Origin: Blastocystis sp. Blastoise
Taxonomy: Eukaryota > Protista > Bigyra: Opalinata
Reading direction: 5' to 3'
DNA: 64,000 nt
NCBI GenBank assembly: GCA_039096225.1
Contig: JBBPEB010000034.1
Span: 806,001-870,000 of the forward strand
Below, piece after piece: positions 26,401-40,580 of this stretch (its first letter is position 1; each line of letters opens with the position of its first letter). The translations under genes were made by a program, and so were the position numbers. Under the pieces are notes generated by a model that saw only the letters and a list, made by a program, of their open reading frames with translations, was not told where the DNA came from and did not search any database.

Positions 26401-29400
26401 TGATACATTCATCATATTCTCTTTAAAATTTTTCTTTAATTGATTATTCATTTCATTCAAAAGTACTTCAGGAAGACTTTCATCTTGTATTAAGCCATCA
26501 GATTGTATATGGAATAAAAATAAATGCTGAAGATTTGTTGTAAAGAAACTAGTAATTTCTGGTCGTTCACTTAATAATTGTTCAGAATAACCATCAGATA
26601 ATATAAAGAATGATTGAGTTTTAAGATCTTTGGATGGCTTTTCAAAAGCAAATAAATCTAATGGTGTTGAAGGTATCTTTTCTACTGTTTCTAAATCATA
26701 AATAATAGAAATCTTTTCATATAAATTATCTTTTGTTGGTATTAATTTAAATGCTTGTGAACGACCTCCTGTACAATATAGAGAAGTTGGTATACCTAAA
26801 CAATCACAAATAAGTAATAATAAACAACCTATTGTACTTCGTAATCTAGCTTTATTCACTTTATGACTTACATTCACATCAAATATCAAGTTCACTCGAG
26901 GAATATATTTATTCTCTCTCTTTTCACTCCTACGTATACTATTCACATAATATGATAATATACCTTTATAATTAACCAATATAAAATCTATAAGATTTTG
27001 ATTTCTATTAATAGCTTCTATATTAATTTGTTTCAAACGATCTTCATTTGATGATGTTATTTTAACTAAATCTAATATATTCTTTCGAGACATTACATCT
27101 TTAAATAAATTAGATAAAGACATAGATCTAAACTCTTGTAAAATCTTTTTAATATCATTTCTTTTAATTTCAAATTGTTTACGATCTTCTTCTTGTTTTT
27201 GTTGTTCTTCAGGATTTAAATCAGCATCTATAGAAATCACATGTGTAGCAGCTGACGCTATATTCTTAGCTTGATGTAAGATATCTTCAATATCATTTGG
27301 ATTAATATTACCCCCACTAATCACAGGATTTGAAGACTTTGGTTGTGAATCTGATTTAGAATCTGTTACCTTCTTTTCATATTTAAATTCTTTTGTATAT
27401 CTATTTAAAATATTCTCTATCGAAGAAGATTCATTCATTTGATAAATAGAATCTTTACAATTAAACCATACTAATTTATATGTATTATTAAATACACATA
27501 AACTCTTTTCAGCATAATAATAAATAGTTGAGAAATAAGTATCTTTATGACTTACTATATACTTTAATAAAGTATATATCTTATTTATATCATCACTATG
27601 AGTAGAGTCAAATAAACAATAAGGAGATTGTTGAATAGCATATACATATCGAGCAATATTCTTATCATTGAAATTCTTTAATAATGAACTACAAGTAGAT
27701 TCTAATTGAATACTTTGGGTTATTCTATTATCTTCTGCTTTTGGTTCTTCAAATATATTTATAATACCATTAGAATCAATGTAAAACTCATTATATCGAC
27801 AATTTATATTCATATTATAACGAATTAGATATTTAGTATTAAATACATATCTATTCTCTTTATTTCCTGAACGATAATAAAAAGTCTTACCATTCATAAT
27901 AAACGATATACTTGAACCAGCTACATTAAAGAACTTTGATCCATCTTTATAACATTCACAAGAACAATTCTCTTTTGTATATAAATATGAAATTTGACGT
28001 TCTACTGGAGCAATACAATTAATAACCGTATCTTTATGTTGTTTGCTTCTATTATCTTGATCTATATATTGAACACGTAAGACTAATGTGAACTCAAGTT
28101 TATCTTTTTTATCTATATCATATTCATCAGAAAATTGTATTTTTATTCCAGAAGAAACATTTTCAATAAGAATTAAATCATTATCACATTTACATATATA
28201 TTCATATTTCATAGGATTTAGTATAGGTATTAATAATGTTGGCTTATTATATGAATAAACATAAGTAGGTAAACGTAAAACATTATTATTATTCTCACTA
28301 GCTACAATTATTTGAGGAACAGATTCTAAAGATAATATATTAATACAATTCTCAAATTTTGGACTCTTTGTATATTTTAAGTAGTTCTCAGATCGTTTAT
28401 CAATATTATCTTTATTTACAAATACACGAGAACTTAATAAATGCTTATTTGTAGCATTAATAGTTTCTTCTATTGTTTTAAGTTCTTTTTCTTTTTCAAG
28501 CTTAGTTTTATATTTCGCATCATATTCCTTTACAATATTATTAATACGAATACTTATGTCTCGAAGATTCCTTACATACCTATCATCATTACTTAAATTA
28601 GGTACAGTATATGTATTTAATATATTTATTTCATCTGCATCTGTATAATATAAATCTTCTTTATTATAATGTCTACCTTTATCAGAATTCAAATAAGAAT
28701 AATCATTAGCTTGAGGTTCAGGATCCATAGAATAACAAGGTATTTCTACAGATTTACAATCAGATCTAAAGTAAAAAGGTAATGTACAACAAGAAGAAGT
28801 AAAAGAAATATCATAACGATCATTAATATCATTAGTTGTATCATATTTATAAAGCAGAATAGTATTTTCTTTTCGTTCACTAAAATCAGAATAAGATTGT
28901 TCACGATACAATAATGTTTTTTCAATAACAGGAAATTGTTCAATTCTAAATGATTTAGAAATATTATATAATACATGGCTTTCTTTCATTATATTACATA
29001 AAGAATCTAAGAGATAATTACATAATAATAATTGTTCATCTTCGAAAGAATCATGTCTAAATAAATCAGGAAGACTAACATAACGATATTCAATAGTTAC
29101 ATCATTCTCAATTCTATTTCTATTAATAATAACATTATAAGTAGAGAATGGAAGAGGAATAAATGAAGAATACATAGTCTTCTCTGATGATGGTTTTGAT
29201 TCAATTTTAAGTGAATGAGGTTCAAAAGTAATTGGTGCACGTTCTCCTTGATTATTAACTAATTGAAATTCAATAGAAATATCTCTACAAGTAGAAGGAT
29301 ATGTAATAAAAGCTACTTTAATAAATTGATTAGAAATAGGCTTTTCCTTTAAGAAATAACGAGATGAACGACTATCAATTAATTCTTGAACATTTTCTTG

Positions 29401-32400
29401 TAATTCTTTTGGTATGAAATAGCGTATAGTATTAATAGAATTAATAAATGCATTCCAACTATAATGATATAATTGTGTTACATACCATGATCGTATACTC
29501 TGTTTCTTCAAAATAAATTCTTTATTAATATCATATTTCTTATTAATATCTATTAAAACTAAAGGAATATTACTATCAAATTGATTTACATTTTGATCAT
29601 ATTGAGATTTCAAATCAGCACATTCAACATTCATATTTTGTAATTTTTCATTTATTTTATTATTATCATCATATAAAGTATCTAATTTGCCAGTTTTTTG
29701 TTCTAATTCTTCTATTTTATTAAATATATCATTAATTGAAGTTTTTCCTGAATCAGACATACTTTCAATAGCATCTTTAGCAAAATCTGAATAGGAACTA
29801 CGAACAAGAATTTCAATTAATAATGTAGACACAGGTGTATAGAATGCAGGGAATAATAATTGATATTTATCACGAATATTTAATTTAGAATCAATAATAT
29901 ATTGATCAAACGGTTCTATCTTTTTATTAATCATATTCTTTAATATTCCATAATAAATGCGTAAATCATTTGATGGAATTATCATATTATGATGATGATG
30001 ATGATGCAAGAATCGAATATAATTATTTTTATTAATAGTACACTTATCATTTATATCTAATTCACATTGAATACTATAATCTTTTGGTAATGATTTAATA
30101 GAATTAAAACAATCAATATTCAATAAATCATTTTTAGAAGGATCAATATAACTTATTAATTCATATGGATAAGATAATATAAGAACAGGATAATAATTAT
30201 AAAGTTGAACTTGTATACTCATTGTACTAAATAATGTTTTAAATAGTTCTTCAATTGTTGATATATCTGATATTTCTGTATTCGTAATACCATATAAACC
30301 ATAATGGCAACAATTCAATAATGCAATACGTAATTGTTCAACCTTGACTTCTTTATGAATATATAAATCCTTTGTATGAATTATTTCTAATAATTGTGGA
30401 GATAAAATAATATATTGTGCATAACCACAATATATATTCATAAAGAAATTAATAATTATTTTAATATCTTTAATGCAATCAGTAATAAATAATATATTCT
30501 TAGCAATATCTTCAATCTTCATATTTATATAAGGTAATATTTCAGGTGTATTCATAAGAATAGGAACAGGATTCAATTTCGCTCGATTTATATCAACCAT
30601 AAAATGACTTAATCGTATATATTCCTTATAATAATTCATTGTAATTCTCTTATAGTCTACAGGTATATCTATTGATTTCTCAGTATTCATTAATAAATCT
30701 CTTTTCTTTTCTAAATCAGGATCATCTTTTGAAATAGATTGTTTAATTGATTCTTGCATACTTTTTGGTACACTATTAATAACATCATCAAGTAAAGAAT
30801 CACCTGTATCCATATATGAATTTTTTATCCTACGAATCTCTTCAAATTTATTGTGAACTTTTTCTATTTCTTCATCTAATTCTTTAAATATAGGTAAATA
30901 TTTTTTAATCTCATTTTGTTGAATAAAAAGATTATTATTAACTCGAAGAGAGACCTCGAATCGTTTACTTGCTGTTGAATTATCTTTAGTAACCTCTTGA
31001 TAATAACCATCTAATTCTTCACATTTATTCTTTATATCAAATAATTCTTTTAAAAATAAATCTATATTCTCATCAGCAACTTCTTCAAGCTTTAAATCTA
31101 AAGCTTCTAAAACATTATGAAATTCTTGAAAAGATATTGTAGAAAGAAAACTATCATATTTACCAGTAACATAAGCAAAATAAAAACGATCAATCTCATT
31201 AGATATTTCAAAATAATCAAATGGATTAGAAGAAGAAAAATATGTATTTATGGTTTTATTAATAGGTATAGACATAATTGGCTCATAATATTTATCACTA
31301 AATCTTAACCATCTTAATAAAAATTTATATTCTTCTGCATGTGCAGATAAAATAAAAGGATCAAAACCAAATTTATTATATACATGATTATATATATAAT
31401 TAAGTGGATAATATAATATACTACGTATCCATAATCGTAAAGAATTCTTTATTATTTGTATATCTTCATTTGAAAAGATATGAATATTTTGTTTAAGACA
31501 TTCTACAATCAATGGACCAAATTTCTTTTCATTCTCAGGAGTATAACTATTTTGAATCATATTAATAAAGTCATTTTTAAATTCATTATCCATTTCTATA
31601 TTCTTAAGTTGTCTATCTCTTGGATTATATTGTAAAGAATTTGAAAATTCAATTGCGCTAATAGCTTCAATAGATTCATCTGAATTTAATATACGAATTA
31701 ATTTTCTTGTTGATAATCCTTTTATTTCACTATTATTATTATCTATACTTTTAGGAATATAATTACCAATTGGTTTATTAAAATTATTATCTAAATCACA
31801 TAATTCACATATATTTTTATATGTAGATAATGATTCTGCATATAATAATATACATCTACTTTGAAGAGGTGCAGGTATAGATACAATGGAATTTGATGAT
31901 AAGGTTAATATAATACGGAAATCAGGATGTATATATTTAACACATTCATTATTACTATCAGAATCTTTAGAATTTGATTTAACTTTATATAATAAAGGAT
32001 TTATTATATTTTCAATAACATTTAATGTAGGTTGTTCTTCTAAAAGTGAATTCAAACGTTCTAAAATATCTCCTGAAGCAAATTGAATACCATCAATATT
32101 AATCCAATAACCTTTTTCCATAGCTGTTAATAAAGGTCCTTCTCGGAATACTAAAGTACTATTCTTATTATTATCTGAGATATTATTATTATTATTATTA
32201 TTATCAATATCAATAGTATTGTCTTCTTCTTCTTCTAGATTACTACGCTCCATTCTACCAATAAGAATCGATGAATCACTTTCATTATTAAGAGGAACAA
32301 TAAGTAATTTCTTACCCATTATTTTAGCCATATTTGTAAGTACATGTGTTTTTCCTGAAGGAGATGGACCATAAATTAATATACCTCGTTTACTATAATA

Positions 32401-35400
32401 AGCAATAGATAATTGAGATAATAATCTCATTTCTGAATTTGTTAATAAAAGAGATGGAAATCTATCAATACATTCTATAGAAGTAATAAATGTACTTTCT
32501 AATTGTAAATAGCTTTTATTATTTTTTTTATCTTCATAAATAGAATGTTGAATAATATCTGATAAATTTAAACCAAGTGATTTCTCAAGAGATTCACGAT
32601 CTTCAGGTAAATATTTACATATAATAGAAATCCATAAAGCTTCTTCTATAAAAATAGGATTCTTACTAATCTCTACTGATTGATATATCATTGATTTAGC
32701 CTTTAATATATCACGAAATGAAAAATTGATACGTGTTTCCTTACTTTTATTAATCGCATTAGAAACTAATGAATTTATATGTGACTTTAAATATTCTTTA
32801 TAACTAACAATATCAGTATTACTATTTTTAGATATTTTTTTATCATCATTATATTTATTTAAATATTCATTGGTATATATATCTTTAATACATTTATTAA
32901 AAATCTTATTACTTAATCTTGTTAGTTCATGAGATTCAAAGTCTAGATTACGGAAATAAAAACTCTTATCAATAATAGATTTTGGTAAAATACAACGACT
33001 ATTCGATATAACAGCAGGATTCTCACAAATAATTATTAATAATCGTGGTAATTCAATTTCTATATCTCCTGGAATATGAAAACTACCTCTTTTACTAGCT
33101 TGTGTAATTAAAGTAGATATAGTATCTAATAATTCAGGAGAAGCAACATTTAATTCATCTAATAATAATCCTATTGTATATTCACCTTTATATAATCTAT
33201 ATTTCTTATTATTCTTATATTTATCAATAATATTTGAATTATCAGGATCGAATATATAATAGCCTTTATCATCTTTAGTTTTACATTTATCTTTACCTTT
33301 TAATAAGAAACTTAATTTACTATCTTTAAATTTAACACTTCCTTCACTAACATTAGGAGATATAGAACCAAATACATTTCCAATATCTATATTTCGAGAA
33401 AAATTTTGGCGAATATAAGGAATATTTAACTCTTCAAATATACGAATAGCTAAATCAGATTTACCAATACCTGGTGCTCCTTCTAATATTATTGAACAAT
33501 AATCAGTTTTCAATTCTTTATTATCAATTATCTTTTTAATGTCTTGAGTATTTTCTGTTTCAAGTGAATTTGTATTAGAACTAGAATTAGAATTCGATTT
33601 ATTACTCTCTTTAGAACATACTATCTCTTTTACTAATAATAATGAAATAATCATATGTATTGTTGTAATAGATAAACATAAATAATTGTTACTATCAATA
33701 TCACGTATTCCCTCTATTTTCTGTTTAAATCTTTCATGATTAGAATCCTCTTTAAATATTTTGTTAGTCAAACCTAATAATTTATTCTCATCATTATAGT
33801 CTATTGTTTGAGGATAAGTGAATAATTCCTTCATATCATCACTACATTGACATGTTTTCAATAATTCACATCTTTCCTTTTCTGTACCTGAAATATATTT
33901 TAAATAAAAATAAGCATCTATTTCATTAAAAAAAAGATGAGAAACAGCATTAAATTTATTTTTGAATATTAAAGATTCTTTTTCTAATAATTTATTATTA
34001 TTATTATTATCATTATGAGATAAATTATAATCAGAACAAGGTAAATAAATAAAATAATTATGAAGATCTATTCCACCAAAATTATCTTTTTCAATAGTAG
34101 CAACAAATCGACAATTCTGAAGATTTACTTGATATCCTCTATCAGATTCATGTAATAAGAAAGAATAGCCACTTAAATAACTATCAAATAAAGAATTTAA
34201 TCGAGGAATAACATTATCATTCAATAATTCAAAATGATTTAATAATAAAGCTTTCTCTTTAAATATACCTAAAGTAATTTGACCAGGTTTAAAAATCATA
34301 CTTGTATCTGGTTTTTCTGATAAACATCGTTCAATATCGTTAATCCAGTCTTTTAATGCTTTATATTTATCATCTCCTGAATGAATATTAATATTTAATT
34401 TTGTAATTTCTGCTTTTATTCTTTCATATAATGATTGAATATCTTTCTTACTATAAATAGTAGATAATCCAATTAAATAATCACATTCTAAAGATCTTGA
34501 TAATTCAATAGTATCCATATTATTCTTTAGTATATCAATAAATTGATCTTTTGATTCAGATCCACCAATAAGAATAGGAGGAATTGTACTTAAACTTTGA
34601 AGAATATAATAACGAAATAAAGTATCATAACACCATTGACAAGTAGATAAATTAATTCTATCAGGAATATCTACTTCAAAAATAGAATTTGTTAATTTAT
34701 TTTGTTTTGTTACTTGACCAATTTCATAATTTACAAATTTCATAATTTTCTTTTTCATATCTTCAATTTCAATATCTGGAGGTTTATAATCATCATTATG
34801 TGTTTTTAAACAATGAGTAGCAATAGCAATTAAAAATATAGAATTCATATGTAGAAAAGAAGAAGGTTGATATAAACATACAATACCAGCCATATATTCA
34901 TTAGATTGATCAAAAGAGACATTACGACAATAACGTTGATAGATTTCATAATATATTAACAACTGTTGAATGGAAATAGATTCATAACGATATAATCGAC
35001 ATAAAAGAGGATGATGAAGAATTAATTCTATTTCTGATTGTGTATATAAATCTACATATACTCTTTGAATATAAGAAGGTAAATCATGATGAATCTTATT
35101 TTGTTGATAAGATTTAAATACATATATTAATCTGAAATTACTAGAAATAGGATATTCTTTACCTAAATAAACAACAGATGTTGCTAAAGGATCAATAAAT
35201 TGTTGAATAGATTCAATTAATTCTTCAGATAAATAATGAGCATTCTCTAATATTAATATAGTTCCTTCTTTTTTTTCTAAAGCTTCTAATAAAGGTCCTT
35301 GTTTAAATCTTGCACCTTGAGAAGCTGATTCTTTTGAAGAACTTGAAGAAAATGTATAACTACCTATTAATTGACTTATATCTGTATCTGGAGTTAAGAA

Positions 35401-38400
35401 AATTGTTTTATGATGTTCTATTAATCCAGTATTCTTTAGTACATTCAAAAGAAGATGTGTTTTACCTGTAGATTTCAATCCAATTAAACTAGTTGTTCTA
35501 TGTTCACAAATAGAACTAAATAATTCATTATATTTATCACAACGAGTAGAAGGAACATAATTATCTAATATTGATAAATGTTTACCTTTTGAAGTACAAT
35601 AATCTTTAATTAATTGTTCTTTCTGTTCAAATGATAATTCACACATTTCATATATGAAATCTAAGCTAATATAATATTTCTTCTTATCAAAAAATTTAGA
35701 TTGAGAATCGATGAATTGTTTCATATTTATATATAAATTCTTTTCATTTTCATCATTTATATTCTCAATTACACTTGTAGAAATATTATTAAAATAATCT
35801 TTTGGCTCTTTATATAAAGTAGAACACTTTTCATTAAGCATATCATCACTAATACATAAATGTATAAATCGATTGTTAAGAGCAGGAGAGAAATGATTAA
35901 GATCATTAACAGAACAAGTAGCAATAATACGGAATAATGGATCTACAATAAGATCTCCATTACATTGTCGTTCATCAAAACGAACACTACTAGGCTCAAT
36001 CTTATCATTACTATCATTTAATACATGATATTCTACTTCTAATAAATTATTTAATCTTTCAAAAGAATTAGAATTCATTAATCCTATATTTTGTATAACA
36101 CATATATCACCTTCATCAGCAGCTTTTAATAATTCTGAATCTACCCATTGAGGTATATATTCGTGGCTATTAATATCTTCTTCTAATTTAGAAGAACCAA
36201 TTAAATTTCCAGCTGTAATACCTTTAGAACAATATAAAGTTCTATATACACTAGAATAACGTAATTTAATATCATTATTATTGTTATTGATTTCACCATA
36301 TATTTGTTGACGATGATATAAGAATGCATATACATATTTACGAGCAACATATTCATCAGAGGCACATACTATTACATGACTACCACTATTTAAAGCAATA
36401 TCTAATTGTTTACCTATATATTGGAATACAATAGGATCTAAAGGTTCACCAGGATAATCTAAGCCTCTTTTAGCATCACTGAATCCATCTGAATTCTTTG
36501 ATCTTGTAGATTGATCTTGTTGAAGAAGTTGTTCCATTAATTGTTTACGATTAAATCCTTGTGTATAATGAGTATTATATACTATTGGCCATATATCATT
36601 ATAATCAATTCTTAATTTCATCATAGAAATAGCTCTATTAGCATCTCGAATTGTATAATACTTATTAATAATTCGTTTTCCAGTATCAAGAACAGCTTCA
36701 TTATGTATTTGTAATAATTGACTTTCAAATTCATCATTTCCAATATTCTTTTTCTCAATAAATTGTTGAATTTCTTTTGGAGATATAGGAGGAAATACTT
36801 CTTCATTTAATACTCTGAAATAACCACGAATATCTGTATTTAAACTATCTCTTTTATATTCAGATCCAGCAGGATTTTGTGTAGCTATAATACGGAAATA
36901 AGGATTCATTTCTCTTATTTCATATTGTTCCATATTATCAATAAAGATTTGTTTAGAATCTAAGAAAGATAAGATTGATTGAACAATAGATTGAGGAGCT
37001 AAAGACAATTCATCTAATAATAATATACCACCATAAATAAATGCTTCTGTAAAAGCACCAGATTTAAATACAAGAACATGATGTTTATTATTTGTTTGTA
37101 AAGTAATTTCACCAATTAAATCTTCAGGAGAAGAAGTTTGAGAGAAATTATAACGAATGACACGAATACCACTTCTTTTACTTACATATTCTACACTATA
37201 AGTTTTACCACAAGATGTAGGTCCTTCAATTAATAATGGAATATTATGTTGAATAGCTTGTTCAATATGAGAAACACGTTGTTCAGATTCAGGAGTTGAA
37301 ATAAATGTATTCTTTCGACTCATAAGATTAATAGATCGATAAGGATGTATAGTATAAGAGTGATCTTTTATAATATAATTTAATGTATTTTCTATGGAAT
37401 GAACAATCACATAATCAGCAGTAATTCTTAATAGACCTATTTCTTCTATAAATACACTTAATCCTTTATAATGAGGTTCTTTCTTTTCATTTTCATCACT
37501 AGTATAATGAATAGGATCGTTAGGACGAATACAGAAGAAATTAATAGTTTGATTATCTAGATAATTCATATCTAATTCTATATTTTTAAGTAAAGGAAGA
37601 TAGAAATAAACTTCATTTTCAGTTGATTGATAACTAAAATTAATATAATCACCAAGAGATAATGTATCTAATCCATTATATAAAGAACAAGGAAGAGATA
37701 GAATAGAAGTACATTTATCATTATTTTGAGTTGATGGTTTCTCATGTAATGTATGTAATATAAGGTTATTAGGAGTAATAAGTGCAGGAGATTGAGTATT
37801 TAAATCAAAAGCAAGATAGCAAGGTGCATAAGGGGTATATCCATAAGGAGAAGGATGATTTTCTTTAGTAGAGAAATACGAAGAAGGATCTGCAAGAGTA
37901 TGAGGTATAGTATTATCTATATATATATAGATATATAGTAAGTAATAATTTGAATAATGAAATTTATATTACATTAATTAATTATATATATATACGAAAC
38001 TTATATTCTAGTTTTTCAAAGGATTCAAGATTAGATTCATCATATATTAATTTATTACCATTAAACTATATAGATAATATATAATTATATATATATATTT
38101 ATAGAGAATAAATATACAGAGAAACGTTGTAGTTCTTCAGGAGTAGCATGATTATTAATATATTTTTTATATAAATAAGTAAAGAATTGTAGATATTCTT
38201 GATTTTTCATATCCAGTTCTTCACAATTAATAGAAAAACTCTGTAATGAAATAAGTTTAGTATAGAGTTCAGCAAGACTGAAAAACTCACATAATTCATC
38301 CTTATAACAAGATACTATATATTATATATATATAGGTATATATAGAGATATATATACCTTTTAGACACATTTTAGAAGGAGTAATAACTAAAGTATTATC

Positions 38401-40580
38401 TTTATAGAAACAAGTATATTCAAGACTATTCACAGAACGATCTATATTTTATGTTTATTATATTTATTATATTTATATTTATTATAATTATTATATTTTA
38501 TACCATCAATAATGATTTCTGTGACTGTAGAAAGATAATCCTGTTGAAATAATGAAATATCAGCAAAATGATTCGAAACATCATGAAGATCAACTATATA
38601 TATATATAATGATAATGATAATAATAACAAAATAATTACAGTAGAGACAAATATTGATATTATTCTTTATTAATTCAGAATATTCTTCATCTGATGATAA
38701 ATTCATATTATTCTCAAAAAACTTATCTTCAGAAATACCTATAGAAATATAAATATATATAAATATAACAATAATTGTATTTACTTTACAAATATCTATT
38801 TATTAAATAATAACTTATATATATACTACGTTTAATGATAAACTTTTGTTTACAAAAAACATCAGGAGCCTTTTTTAACTATATATAAATAAAGAATATT
38901 AAATTATTTAGTTATATATATATATACATTAAGAACAGAAATATATAATTCTTTAATTTGATTTTGCCTAATAGAATCAATGTTTTCAGGAGTAAGTTCA
39001 TTATTATTATATAGAACATAAATAGGATCACCATATTGTTTCTATTATTTATATTAATCAAATAAACATTTTATATATATATACTTTTAAGAAATCTATG
39101 AATGTTTTATAATAATAATATTTTGTAAAATTTTCGTATATAGTGATTTTACGAGTATTTAAGTCATTAATATAAATAGTTTTGGGGGACTTTTTCTATA
39201 TATATATATATATAATACTACAAATATATACAGATAAATAATCAGTAATTTGTTGTTTTAAAGAATCAATATTGTTTCTATATATATAGTATAGTATAAT
39301 AAATAGAATTTAATATTATATATATACTTAACATCTTCTTCGAATTTATCTGCTATATATATTATAGTATTACTATTATTGAGAAGAATAAATAAAAAAG
39401 AAAACTTATAAATCAAATAGAAATATATATATATATACAATTAACATGAAAACCAAGATTATTTAAATAAGTATTAAGATTATTATTCTTTATATAATCT
39501 ATAATCTTATTCTTAGAATATTTTTTATTTAATGTTTTTTGAATAGTCTCTTCACTATATTCTTGTAATAATGAATTCATTTCATTTTCTATAGTTTTCA
39601 TATTATTGTTCATACATAATTTAATTAATATTATTTCAAGACTCTCCTGGTTTTTCAAGCATTCTTTAACTATTTCAATTTTAGTATTTTCTTTTTTATC
39701 TGAATTATCCACAGGAGATACTATATATATTAATATATAAACAATAAGTTACTATTTATATATATATATTTACATTGAGAATCTTTAGAAGGATTCTTAT
39801 TTGAAGAAGAAGGAGTAGAATTATTCTATATATACTTATAATAGTATAGACACATTATACATAATAATTATTCTATATATATATTTATAATAGTATAGAC
39901 ACATTATACATAATAATTATAATATATATATACTTATAATAGTATAGACACATTAAACATAATAATTATAATATATATAACACTTTATTATTTTAAAGAA
40001 AATCTTTATATATATATACGTCAAAAAGTAATATAAAGAATTATTGATAATATTTTGGAATATATTTAGAAGCAATGTTATCATAGTAAGCAATTTGTAC
40101 ATTAATAGTATATCCTGTTGAAAGAGATGTATTCTAAAGGAAAACAAAAGATAATAATAATATAAATGAAATACATATCAATTCTATAGATAAATTAATA
40201 TATACATTTGTATCATTTTTATTTGGTTCTGAATTTAATTTCATTGGATAAAAATCTTTCATCTTTGGAAATGTCTCAAGAAAACTTTCTTCAGATATAT
40301 CTAAGACAACACAAACATCATTGTTCATTTGTATTATTTTTTCAACACTAGAATCTTTGTTGATCACTTCTTGGTCTCCTTTATAAAGTGTATAATCAAT
40401 ATTATTGTCTTCATGTTTCCATTCCTATAATAAATATTATTATAATGTATATGAATGAATTACTATGCATCTGTGTAAGAATTCTGTAGCTGTTTCATTA
40501 AAATTTATTTCTCTCAATGCACATTTTCTTTTAATTATCTTATTATCACAAGAGAATCGATATCTCACTTGAGCACTCAT
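23410..40580 (-). CDS. Giant midasin(MDN1/Rea1)-derived AAA+ ATPase: 2 ubiquitin-like domains, 6 AAA modules, 3 VWA-type domains; 16 exons, ~5,350 aa
   Basis: Walker A motifs GPTSCGKT (~37201-37224), GLKSTGKT (~35458-35481), GAPGIGKS (~33457-33480) and GPSPSGKT (~32347-32370). Walker B LLLDE occurs twice. FRIIATQNP-type sensor strands recur six times. Pre-MIDAS motif TGTSIHLRNYINFL..KLFKKK..RAYSISIIID resembles midasin. The frame stays open upstream of the ORF's ATG to the acceptor at 37917-37918, and 15 upstream exons splice in consistent phase back to ATG 40580. Confidence 0.85.
39826..39980. repeat. Three ~50-bp tandem copies (ttataatagtatagacacatta[t/a]acataataattat..) inside an intron of the giant gene
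   Basis: Directly visible triple repeat next to the acceptor at 39826-39827. Confidence 0.85.

Noticed and set aside
23410-37569. Labelling the 4719-aa ORF as canonical MDN1/Rea1, dynein heavy chain or RNF213, with a start at 37569
   Set aside because: There is no long D/E tether and no intact DxSxS MIDAS, and there are extra VWA domains. No dynein stalk or RING is recognisable. The frame continues upstream to a splice acceptor, so 37569 is an internal Met.
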